From Dendrobates tinctorius (Eukaryota): DNA of 64,000 nt. Of this stretch, positions 1-11,603 are shown piece by piece. Where the stretch lies: contig NW_027361707.1 of NCBI RefSeq assembly GCF_039654945.1, forward strand, positions 36,270,001 through 36,334,000. The letters run 5' to 3'. The stretch's first letter is position 1. Each line of letters begins with the position of its first letter. A program made the position numbers and the translations under genes. Under the pieces are notes generated by a model that saw nothing but the letters and a program-made list of their open reading frames with translations, was not told the origin of the DNA and did not search any database.

Positions 1-57
1 ACTTTATTCGGATTCCCATGACAGCACCTCGAGAGAATTACAGAGATGTAAACTAAC

Positions 58-1100
58 TTAGGGACAGACTACAGCCTGCAGCACCCTTAGTCCAAAAGTG
101 AGATCCGAGGAGGCACCCATATCTAACCTATAGTGGTTAAAAAAGGTGGAAGGAGATGACCAGGTGGCCGCCTTACATATCTGGTCAATTGACACTCCAT
201 ATCTCTCCGCCCAAGATGACGCCATGGCACGAGTGGAATGCGCCCTCAGGTTCTGTGGAGCCGGACCGCCACCTGTTGTATAAGCCAGAGAGCCTCCCTA
301 ATCCACTTTGCTAACGTGCGTTTTTACACTCTAAAACCTTTTAGGGCCTTGGAAGGATAAAAATAATGTGTTCTCTTTCCTCCAAGGATCAGTAGCCGAC
401 ATATATTCTAGTAGGCATCTTTTAACATCTATCGCATGAAGCGTCTGCTCTTTAGGGTTGGTAGGAAGGGAGAACTATCTCTTGTGTCCTGAGAAAAATT
501 GATACTACCTTGGGCAAGAATGCTGGGTCCGGTTTTAGGATTACTCTATCATGCAAAAACTCTGTATAAGGGGGCAACCTGGAAAGTGCCTGTATGTCAC
601 TTATTCTACATGCAGATGTTATTGCTACCAAAAAAGCTGTCTTAAGGGATATACGGTAATCTTTAACGAGGTTGAATCCAGAGGTTCGAATGGCTTCTCT
701 GTCATTGCTGTAAGGACTAAATGTAAGTCTCATGGTATACATTTATCCCAGTATATGGGTCTGGATCTACTAGCAGCTTTGATGAATCTAGTCACCCAGT
801 AGTTGCTAGCAATATCACAGGTAAACAGGGCCCCCAAGGCTGAAACCAGCACTTTAAGAGTACTCGTGGAAAGACCCAACTCGAGACCCCTCTGAAGGAA
901 TTCTAGAATGTTTCGTGGGTATTCCCTGAGATTAAACTCAGAGGTGGACAGGAATTGCCTCCAGGTTCTAGCATAGATATTTGTAGTAATCTGCTTCCTA
1001 CTCTTCAGAAGGGTATTAATTAAATTTTGGGAGAAACCTCTATCCCTCAACAGTGCCCTCTCAAACTCCACGCCGTCAAGTGGAGTCCTGTTACTTGTGG
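58..1100 (-). pseudogene. DIRS tyrosine recombinase ORF, frameshifted
   Basis: ORF pieces 730..1236 and 452..742 ('AITSACRISDIQAL'), plus manual translation of 61-260 giving 'HSTRAMASSWAE..ICKAATWSSPSTFFNHYRLD', with stop TAA at 60-58. The start coordinate is approximate. Confidence 0.9.
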
Positions 1101-2890
1101 ATGGTTGACTGGTCCCTGGTAGAGAAGATTCGGAAGGTTCGGCAGTACCCAGGGATCGCATACTGACATGGTCCTCAACCATGCGAACCAGGTCCTCCTG
1201 GGCCAGAATGGGGCAATTAATATGACTCTTGCTCAATCTTCCCTAATCTTTCTCACCACCAGAGGTAAGAGGGTTAACGGTGGAAAGGCATATGCCAGGG
1301 AGAAATCCCATTTTATTAGGAAAGCGTCCACTGCCAGTGGATTTTCCCTGGGGTTCAGAGAGCAAAACTTTTTTACTTTCCGGTTTTCTTTGCTGGCAAA
1401 GAGGTCTACCTCCGGCTGACCCCATCTGCGGACAATCTGGTTGTAAACATCCGTGTTTAAAGACCATTCTCCTTACCTTAGCCCCCTGCAGCTTAGAAAG
1501 TCTGCCTTCGTGTTGTCTTTCCCTCTGATATGGAGCTCAGTTAAAGATTGAAAATTTATCTCGGCTATTTGAAATGGCCCCGGGAGCGCGTTCCACCCTG
1601 GTGGTTGATATAGGCTACTGCTACCTGGTTGTCCGAGAGGATCCTGACATGATGACCCTGTAAGTACATAATGAGTTTTTTAACTGTCAACTCAATCGCC
1701 AACAGCTCCCTCTGGTTAGACGAGGTCTCAGCTTTGGAGTCCCATTGTCCCTGGACCATTATGTCCCCCATATGTGCCCCCCAACCCGAGGGGCTAGCAT
1801 CTGTGGTTATTATGCGGGTAATCTGCGTCACCCAGGGCACCCCTGAGGATAAGTTGTTCTTGTCAAGCTACCATCTAAGAAATGTAAGAGTCAAAGGGCT
1901 CAATGATATCTGACCTTGTAGAGACCCCTCTAAGGCCCTGTCGCTAACTAGGACATGCTTCTGAAAGAAACCGGGGGAAACTGCGCCCACCTGACTGCTG
2001 GCATACATGAGGTCAGAGAACCTAACAGTGACATGGCTTGCCTGAGGGTCATGGAGGGTTTATCAATCGCCCGAAGTACCTGCTGTTGTATGTGTTCTAA
2101 CTTATCTGATGGCAGAAGACACTGCTGGGTTTCTGAATTTAACAGTAAGCCTAGGAATTTTTGAACTCTTAGGGGCTGAAATCGGGATTTCTCGTAATTT
2201 ATTATCCACCCGAGATGCTCTAGTCTTGACTTAGTCCTTTCTATCTGAGAGACAATGGTCCACCGAATTCCCCACAATCAAAAAATCATCTAAGTACGGG
2301 ACAATCAGGATATCCGCCTCCCGTAGATGAGCCATGACTTCAGCCACTATCTTCGTAAATACCCGGGGGGCTGCTGAGAGACCAAAAGGGAGAGCCCTAA
2401 ACTGAAAATGACGGATTAACCCGTCCACTGAAACTGCCACTCTCAGGAACTGCTGGAAGTCTGCGTGGATATGCACATGATAGTACGCGTCTTTCAAATC
2501 CACAACTGCCATAAAACACCCTTTAAACAACATCTTTATTGCTAAACTGATAGACTCCATCTTAAAGGTTCTGTTAACCAAGAATTCATTAAGGGAACGT
2601 AAATTAATAATGGTCCTGAATGATTTATCCGGCTTTTGGATCAGGAACAGGGGAGAGTAGAAGCCTCTACCTCTCTCAGATTCCGTAACCTCCACCAGGA
2701 CCTTTTTTAGTCACAGACTCAAGACTTCTGATTCAAAAGCAGTTTGTTCAAGTCACGAACGTAAGGGAGTTAGTTTAAAGGTATCTCGAGGAACATAACT
2801 AAACTCCAGCTTGAGTTCGGTGGATATTACTTTGCGCACCCAGTCACTATTGGTGATCCGCAGCCATGCTGGAAGGAAGGCCGACAGTCT
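1100..2890 (-). pseudogene. DIRS pol (RT, RNase H, methyltransferase-like domain), frameshifted
   Basis: ORF pieces 2231..2695 (YLDD), 1948..2277 and 1565..1840 (TDAS, SDN). Manual translation of 1261-1430 gives 'WGQPEVDLFASKEN..AYAFPP'. Boundaries are approximate. Confidence 0.9.
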
Positions 2891-4200
2891 ACCCCCCACG
2901 GGAATCGCTAGTCATTGTCCAGACTCTTTTGCTCTCTTGAAGAACGCCTGAACATAAAGCCCGTACCTCTCCTTCTATCCTCCCATCTGTGACGGTCTCT
3001 ATTAGTCGATGGGTTGTGCCTTCTTCCCTGACCGAATTTCCTTCTATTGAACGAACGTCGGTAGGATGCAGACCACAGATTAGGGAACTTCTTGTTGTCA
3101 TCCCCGGCTTTATCAAGCAACTCATCCAGGACTGTTCCAAATATTCTCCTTCGCACGGGATAATGCAGAGTTTTGACCTGGATTGGATGTCTCCCGGCCA
3201 GCACTTTAGCCACAGGGCTCTACGAGCCGCATTGGAAAGTCCTGCTGCCCTAGCAGCCATTCTGACCGCATCAGCTGAGGCATCCGCTAGGAAGGCTGCA
3301 GCCCCTTGGATTACTGGTAGGGCACCCAAAATTGTCTGTCTAGACGACCCGTTTTAATTGAGACTCCAGTTGGTCTAACCAGACCATCATGGACCTGGCC
3401 GTACATGTTGAGGCTACTGCTGGTCTTAGGGAACCGGCTGCCATTTCCCAGGTTCCTTTAAGGAAGGTATCTGCCTTCCTGTGTAGGGGGTCTTTAAGGG
3501 TCCTCATGTCCTCGGAGGGTAGTGAGGCTCTTTTTGATGCCTTGGCGATTGCCGCATCCAATTTAGGGGCTTTGTCTTAAGTGCTAACCGCCGGATCATC
3601 AAAGGGTTATCTACGTTTGAGGGCTGGTGGTAGCGAACCTCTTATCTGGTTTCTTCCATTCTCTACGAATTAGTTACTGAATTTTCTCGTTCAAAGGGAA
3701 GACCCTTCACTTTCTCTGATCCAGCCCCCCGAACATGACGTCCTGCATGGATAACTGTGGTTTGGGCTCCTCCACCTCCATTGTTCCTCTCACCACCTTT
3801 ACCAGCTTGTCCACCCGGTCTAGCGGCAGACAGAACCGACCGGAATCCTCTTCCTCCGAGGACGAGGGGGATTAGCCAGAGGGGTCCTTATTTCTCCTCC
3901 ATTCCACCGAGGAATCTGACTCCAAAGGGTCCATAACCCTTGAGCTACCCTCTTGGGACAGGGATTTTAGGGTTTCTCTCATTTCTGCCTTATGTCTTTT
4001 AGGCTTGCAGCGATTTTAGGCGATTCCTCCGCCACCATCTGCTGGATACAGAGGGGACACAACTTTTTTGGGCATGAGCCCGGGAGTGGGCATGCACAGA
4101 GAGCGCATTCCCTATGTTTTGCCTTACTCGTGGCCTTCTTTCCCAGAGAATAAAAACAGAGGGAGGCTCTGTCACTGAGTGAACATTCACGTAGATCACT
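2889..4200 (-). pseudogene. DIRS gag-like ORF, disrupted
   Basis: Fragments 3340..3561 and 2889..3329 ('AFLADASAD..NAARRALWLKCW'), with a Cys cluster at about 4040-4115. Confidence 0.8.
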
Positions 4201-5949
4201 TACCAGTGCAGCAATTAGGTACCGGAGTATGAGGGGGATCTTTTATGACTGGATTGGTCACTTCCTTTGGCACACTCCTTACTGTCCCGTGATTCTTTTT
4301 TCTTTTGCTTGACCTGCTGAAGGTCTCTTAGGGGAGGCAGCGATGATTGTCACTGCTGCTGCCGTTGCTGCTGCTTTTGTTCTCTCTCCATCATTGCGTG
4401 CAATAATGTGGCCACAAGCATGGAACCCCCCTTGGGTCCTGCTTAAATACCCCTTCTCCGGTCAGCAGACATGCCGCGCCCCCCCCCTCTAATTGGTCTC
4501 CCTCCCCTCAGCTGGCGCAGCTATCGCCCGGTGAGTTGGCGTTTACCGGGCGCTTGTTCCGATGGGCGCCGCCATCTTGGATCCCTCGAGCCTGCGCAGT
4601 GATGCCGCTGACCCAGAAGCACCCCCGGCTCCGCCTCCGACATCACCGCAAACACTTGCTGTGTAGCAGGGAGTCACGCGGGATGCCCAGGCATCCTCCT
4701 GCAGTGCCTCCGGGTCCCGGACACCACTCGGTTGCACTGGCAACCCCGACCCCAGCCAGCGCGCCGCTGGAGCATGGAGACCCCGGGGGCCATACTCACC
4801 GGCAGTGGCTTTCCTTAACGGAGGCGGATATCCTCCGGACACCGCTCTCTGCTGCGAACACCACTGCAGTGCAGCCCAGCAAGGACCACCATGGCGTCTC
4901 CAGGAGCTCCGCACCTGGCCGAGGTAGGAGACCCCCCGCTACATGTGTCGGCCTGGGATCCATTTGGACTTCCATCTGTAGGATCCCGTCCCCTCAGGAA
5001 CAGGAAACCAACTGATGCGTGCCGCCTTTCTGTCTGTAGGTTTCCTGTTCCTTAAGGGCGGATCCCCTCTCTCGTGGTGCTGTCATGGGAGTCCGAATAA
5101 AAAAAAGGTTTTTCAGTCACCTTACAGCCCTATATAATACAATAAGCATAAAAAATGCATATGAACCCCCAAATTTGCACCAATAAAACAGACTGTTTGC
5201 CTTGCAAAAAAGAAGCCCACAGCTTCATCCACAGGAAAATAAAGTGAACGAGGTTCCTCAAGTCTTGAGCACATGTTTATTTTTTCCTTGAAGATTTGAA
5301 GCTGTATGGTTTTTGCAGTGTTTTTCACTCATTTTAATGAATGGGTAAAGAAAAACATGTAAAAAATTGTGTAAAAAAAAATGCACACGTTTTATGCTCC
5401 ATTTTTCCTGCCAATGTGTCTGCATTTGAAGCAGATTTGCAGAAAATTTTTCTTCTACAAATAATGAACACGTGCACATACCCCTATGCCCATTGTTATG
5501 GAACGGAAGGATAAAATAAAGTTATGGCTTTTGAAAAAAAAAAAAAAAACAAGAATGGAGCAACAGGGAAAAATAATTGGAAATCTGAAAACTGCAGTTA
5601 TAGGTGGTTTTTGGCAACAATGACCGTTTTACTGCTGACAGCTATGATCATAACCTGCACTGGAGTGTGTTTCTGGGTATTTATTGGGGACTTATTCTGC
5701 ACAGTATTCATGCACTTCATGCCATGCAGGGTTATTATTACTTGTATTGTAAAGCATGTCTATCATAATTGGTTAGTTTAGATGTACAAGCAGGTCTGCC
5801 ATCTTCAGATCCGCCGAGTGTTTGTCCTGTCTCACAACCAATATACTCGAGCCTAGCACACAATGTGGAGAGACTCCTCACTATTTGCTTCAAGTATCAG
5901 GAACATATTCACGGAAAATCAATATCAGACAAAGCAAGAAGCAACTTAC

Positions 5950-6058
5950 GGCAAGATGGCTACAGCGGCAGAATTCACTGGTAACCCGCTCTTCTCCCCA
6001 CCGAGGCTTTGGCACAGTTGATGTACTGCAGCTTTCGCCATTCCATAGGCAATCATTC
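5950..6058 (-). CDS. QDPR: Dihydropteridine reductase, coding exon 5 (109 bp)
   Basis: ttttttag|GA ATG ATT GCC TAT GGA ATG GCG AAA..TTG CC|gtaag. Translates as [37 protein letters not shown] and contains the SDR YxxxK motif. Confidence 0.96.
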
Positions 6059-6603
6059 CTAAAAAAGACAATCATGAAAGTTGCCATTTTCTCTAAAAAC
6101 ATCAAACAATGTTATTTTGCTCGGATGCTATTCCATTTCTGCAATGCTTTACGTTTAACACCAGTGTTCTCAGCCATGTCTGCTTGTGAAGCTGCAGGCT
6201 TTGAGCTCGGTGGACATTCTCTGTGAAACATTCTGTCTCTTCTTCCTTGCCCTTTGTTGTAGCCTGCGAGTCTTAAATCACACAATTGTGTTTTTCAAAG
6301 AGAAAATATATCGAGGGAATCTACTCCAAAGAAACCAACACGATACCTGAGGTTAATACCAACCCGCTCTAGCCATAGCTGCCTCAGTGCCAATGAGTAG
6401 GTTAGCAGTGGAGCAATATATCATTAATATTAACGATTACACAAAAGGTTTGTTAGTAGCATGTAACCTTAGTGAAGCAAATGAATCAGTGTGATGCACA
6501 TAGATTGGCACAGGAGCTGTACACATAAAACATCTTCAGTGGTGCTACTTAGACCTAAGAAAAAAAGATTTCTTCTGCTCTGGTCCAGTGTAGAGTCTGG
6601 TTT

Positions 6604-7829
6604 TCTGTGGCAGCCAGGCCAGAGTAGTCCACCTCCTCTGTGGCAGCCAGGCCAGAGTAGTCCACCTCCTCTGTGGCAGCCAGGCCAGAGTAGTCCACCT
6701 CCTCTGTGGCAGCCAGGCCAGAGTAGTCCACCTCCTCTGTGGCAGCCAGGCCAGAGTAGTCCACCTCCTCTGTGGCAGCCAGGCCAGAGTAGTCCACCTC
6801 CTCTGTGGCAGCCAGGCCAGAGTAGTCCACCTCCTCTGTGGCAGCCAGGCCAGAGTAGTCCACCTCCTCTGTGGCAGCCAGGCCAGAGTAGTCCACCTCC
6901 TCTGTGGCAGCCAGGCCAGAGTAGTCCACCTCCTCTGTGGCAGCCAGGCCAGAGTAGTCCACCTCCTCTGTGGCAGCCAGGCCAGAGTAGTCCACCTCCT
7001 CTGTGGCAGCCAGGCCAGAGTAGTCCACCTCCTCTGTGGCAGCCAGGCCAGAGTAGTCCACCTCCTCTGTGGCAGCCAGGCCAGAGTAGTCCACCTCCTC
7101 TGTGGCAGCCAGGCCAGAGTAGTCCACCTCCTCTGTGGCAGCCAGGCCAGAGTAGTCCACCTCCTCTGTGGCAGCCAGGCCAGAGTAGTCCACCTCCTCT
7201 GTGGCAGCCAGGCCAGAGTAGTCCACCTCCTCTGTGGCAGCCAGGCCAGAGTAGTCCACCTCCTCTGTGGCAGCCAGGCCAGAGTAGTCCACCTCCTCTG
7301 TGGCAGCCAGGCCAGAGTAGTCCACCTCCTCTGTGGCAGCCAGGCCAGAGTAGTCCACCTCCTCTGTGGCAGCCAGGCCAGAGTAGTCCACCTCCTCTGT
7401 GGCAGCCAGGCCAGAGTAGTCCACCTCCTCTGTGGCAGCCAGGCCAGAGTAGTCCACCTCCTCTGTGGCAGCCAGGCCAGAGTAGTCCACCTCCTCTGTG
7501 GCAGCCAGGCCAGAGTAGTCCACCTCCTCTGTGGCAGCCAGGCCAGAGTAGTCCACCTCCTCTGTGGCAGCCAGGCCAGCGTAGTCCACCTCCTCTGTGG
7601 CAGCCAGGCCAGAGTAGTCCACCTCCTCTGTGGCAGCCAGGCCAGAGTAGTCCACCTCCTCTGTGGCAGCCAGGCCAGAGTAGTCCACCTCCTCTGTGGC
7701 AGCCAGGCCAGAGTAGTCCACCTCCTCTGTGGCAGCCAGGCCAGAGTAGTCCACCTCCTCTGTGGCAGCCAGGCCAGAGTAGTCCACCTCCTCTGTGGCA
7801 GCCAGGCCAGCGTAGTCCACCTCTGTGGC
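6604..7829. repeat. 33-bp minisatellite, about 37 near-identical copies, in QDPR intron 4
   Basis: Unit TCTGTGGCAGCCAGGCCAGAGTAGTCCACCTCC. Only two variant units (GCCAGCGTAG), near 7580 and 7811. Confidence 0.98.
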
Positions 7830-8774
7830 ATCCTTGTCCTGGCATCCTAGATGCCTCTTGAACTTGACAGGCCCAGCAGCATCATGACGTTAAAGAAAGG
7901 AGAAGAGATCCAGTGCCACGGAAATTAAAAATCTTTATTGATACATATTAACAATTCATCCATATTGGCAAAGAACAGTAAAAACCACCAACGTCACGAT
8001 GTGCATTGTGCTGGAAACTGTTGTTGAAAGACCCAGTAAGTGAAGAGATGCCAATGATGCCAGACCAAGGGTGCCACCGCAGACTTGAAGACCGCTGTCA
8101 TGTAGGACTGGACTGGACACCGAAAGAGGGCAGCACAAATGATAATTTATTTCACTAAATATGTAACAAATTATGTAAGAAAGTATATAACAAATCAAAC
8201 TTTATTTTTGTTTGCTTTTTAATCATGGATATTGTAATTAGATATATTTTCTTCTGCAATTTGTTTTAATTAGGCCAAACAAGCCTGTGGAGGACATTGC
8301 CCAACACATGTGTAACACATACCGTCTCCTCCAAAATGAGACGCACATGTCCCATAGACACAGAGACATTCCTGAGGGCCCCTGGATGTGGTTTCCAGGA
8401 TGAGACAATGGGACATTATTCTTTATGTTGCACAACAGACATACATGGCCCTGACATTATTAGGTCTCCCAGCCTTCATTTCAGTCTTCATTTCAACTTC
8501 GTGAAGCAGGAAATCACTGACTGTTTCAGGACAAATGGCTGAGTCTACCAGGAGGCAAAGGTCTCTTTACTCAGGACACGGACACACTCACCATGTAAGT
8601 GGAGAAATCCTGAAATCAGATCTACAGAGACTACATGTAGGCCAGATCCTCACGGGGTAGCAATCTGGAGATGGTAATAGGTGTTACTACTCCCCAATGC
8701 CCAGAAATAAAGAGCAAATTAAAGCTAATAACATGCCAAGAAAACCTAATTTTTTCAAAATATCTAATATAAAC

Positions 8775-9995
8775 TATATGTACAAACGTACTGGGATACC
8801 TGCACATTACATCTACAGGAACTTTGAGGACATCCCATAGTAAATCCATACTTATTACTAGGAGTTGGTTGCCCTTTGCAGCTATAAACAGCCATTACTC
8901 GTCTGGGAACATTTTCCCACAAGATTTTGGAGGTGTCTGTAGGGATTTCTGCCCAATCATCCAGAACATTTGCGAGTCTCACAATCGCTGTTCTAGTTTA
9001 TCCCAAAGATGATGGATGAGGTTCTTCTTCTCGCATCAAACTCCCCCAACCATGACTTTATGGATCTTGCTTTGTGCTCTGGGAACAGTCATGGGGAACA
9101 CAAATGGGCCTTCCCTAAAAAGTTTCCACGAAGTTGGAAGCTACAATTTTCAAAAAGGATTAAGACTTCCCTTCCCAGGAGGCAAGGGGCATATGCAGAT
9201 CCCTGAAAAACCACCCACATAACGTTATCCCTCCTCCACCAAACTTTACAGCTGGCACAATGCAGTCGACAAGTAACATTCTCCTTGCATTCACCAAGCC
9301 AAGACTTGTCCAGCAGACAGAGTAGTCACTACACAGGACATGTTTCCTCCTGATGTTCAGCATTGTGATGCAGCTGCTCAGCCAGTGTGTTTGTGCCGAT
9401 GTCAATGCCAGATGAGCTTTGGACTCTGCAGTTATGGAGTCAGCGGAGTGTTGGCGACCTCTGCTCCTCATTCGGTGACCCCGCTCTACAGGAAATGGTC
9501 TCCACTTCGGAGTTACTGCAGTTTCTTCCACTTCGTAATATTATCACTCACAGATGATGGGGAAGATTTAGGAGGGAAGAAAGTCATGATCGGACTTGTT
9601 ACACCAGTGGTTCCTAATACAGGACCACGCTGTTATCAGTGAACTCATAAATCATCCTGTCGCACATCATATTCCACAGCACTTTACTGAAATTACTGCT
9701 GTACCCACTGGGGTTCACAATCTAAATCCCCTATCAGTTGGTCTGTGGACTGCGAGGGAAATCAGAATATCCAGAGCAAACCCATGCAAACACGGGAAGA
9801 ACAAACTTCTTGCAGATGTTCTCCCAGGACCCCAGCGCTGCAAAGCAGTAGTGCTAACCACTGAGCCACTGTCCCACCTCACTCATTAGTAAACTCAGAC
9901 CGTAAACCAAGAGGCCAGATAATAAACAACGGGGGAAATGAAGAGTTCGATTCGATGATTAAGATGGGTGTCCCAATACTTTTCTCCTTAGAATA
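8775..9995 (-). mobile_element. Decayed Tc1/mariner-like element with an internal SINE-like insert (about 9660-9880)
   Basis: Ends resemble each other in inverted orientation (AAACGTACTGGGATACC / GGTGTCCCAATACTTT). Remnant peptide 'CIVPAVKFGGGGITLCG' resembles the Tc1 'PTVKHGGGSIMVWG' motif. Confidence 0.7.
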
Positions 9996-10059
9996 TATGT
10001 TTATTCATCCGTTATGCCGTTTATGTATTTTTTCCTGCGGCCAATATCCTGGCCTTTAC

Positions 10060-10200
10060 CTGGAGTAGCGGATAATCCAGCATTCGCCCCGGATAATGTG
10101 AGCAGGCCGCCTTCTTTCAGGTGTTTCGTAGCTAGGTGACTGGAAATGGTCGATGTCCAAACACTCTGCTTCCACATGAGATCACAATTCTTATAAAAAG
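10060..10200 (-). CDS. QDPR: Dihydropteridine reductase, coding exon 4 (141 bp)
   Basis: ttttcag|CT TTT TAT AAG..ACT CCA G|gtaaag. Translates as [47 protein letters not shown]. Confidence 0.96.
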
Positions 10201-11603
10201 CTGAAAATCAAGAAAACAGAAGCGAAGGGAATCATTCAGTAGGTTTTTGCTATGTACTCTGAGAAAAGCGAACTGTAGAGACCTTGATTCCAGCGATCTG
10301 TCACTTACTGTGTTGCATGCAGCAGTTTTGATAGAATCCCTGTTTTCCCTTCTGTAGCAAAGCTAAGAATGCGGAGCTCTGTACATGGTCAGCAAGCTGT
10401 GTACATTGGCAGCTTGCTGACAATCAGTGGTAGTGGAGGAGTTACACAGATTAGCTGGACTGCTGTGATGTGACCCCTAGTCCTGTAGTGACATGCTTCT
10501 GCTGATAAAACACTGATTGTATTGAAATTACAGAAAATAGCCCAGTAAGTGACATCATTGGAATCAGGGTCTCTGCCCCTACATTATACTGCACTCAGAT
10601 TAAATAGCAGACCCCTGCTGACAGATTCTTTTTTTCAAGCCAGTTGAATTAAGCTGAGATGCACATATGTTCTAAAGAGTTTTTTTTTTCCCCATAGTCA
10701 TAATTGAGGCATGAACACCAGGCTGCAGTCCCTTTTTCTGAATGACTGGAGATCTGACAGAAACCCGGCGATTAAAGTATTCCATTCTCATATGACACTT
10801 GGATAACATGATATTTTAGATATGTTCCCGGATTTTTTTTTTATTATTCTTTTTAAATTACAGTGAGGAACCAAGCTCACAAAAAAAAAAAAAAAGGGAG
10901 AAGCTATATAGTTACACAGAAATCCTTCATTGGACTGGAAAGAAAGGACGTCCGGACCATCAGATGATCTTGCAGCTAGAAAAAAGCAAGTCAATTTGCA
11001 GGACCCTCGTTCTGCAGCAACATCGGTGGTCCGTGGCTGCTGAAAGGGAGCCCTGTGAGCAGCCTCCTACCAGAATCCAACGCGCCTCTTGATTTTTCAG
11101 CCCGGCACGGTCAGCATTGTGATGTGATGCAGGCACATTGAATCAGGTCTATTACTCCAACAAGGCGCTGGGGTCTCTGGCAGGTAGGAAGCAGCTCGCA
11201 GGGCACAATCCGCTGGACCGGGCTCCTGCAAATCATCTCACTTATTTCTAGCAGTTACCCATTGTGGCCGCAGCAGTCGGATCATTGATGGACCCGATGT
11301 CATCATTTGTGGTCCAGCAGACACCAGGGCTCCCCACCATTATTCTTTTCAGAAAGATGGAAAATCCCTCTAAAATCAATGACATATCCAAATCCACAGA
11401 GAAAAAAAAAAAGCTAGAATACTTTGCCTCTTACAGATCAATAGAGCAAATGCACACGGGTTATCGTTCCTGCCAACTAATGATTAACTACCGAAGACAG
11501 GGATCTGTGCAGCAACGTCCAGGCAATATTCAGGCTTTCAATGATAGAATACATTGCACATTTACTCACAATTGACCCAATTTACATCTAATATCAACCT
11601 TAA

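Larger units (their letters stand above)
1..5101 (-). mobile_element. DIRS1-type tyrosine-recombinase retrotransposon, degenerate; 3' end probably continues left of the window; lies in QDPR intron 5
   Basis: Minus-strand order is gag-like (CxxC..CxxC, 'HRECALCACPLPGSCPKKLCPLC'), RT ('FYSPLFLIQK','DLKDAYYH','PYLDD'), RNase H ('TDAS','SDN'), methyltransferase-like ('DLFAS..AYAFPP'), then YR ('HSTRAMA..ATWSS..FFNHYRLD'). The terminus TTTATTCGG at 5101 matches 3-36 as an inverted 32/34 repeat. Confidence 0.95.

Noticed and set aside
6604-7829. CRISPR-like array
   Set aside because: The units are contiguous with no unique spacers, there are no cas genes, and the context is vertebrate.
6469-7861. 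Four long ORFs (421-458 aa) of 11-residue repeats
   Set aside because: By-product of a stop-poor 33-bp minisatellite inside QDPR intron 4. Open on both strands, with no synonymous variation.
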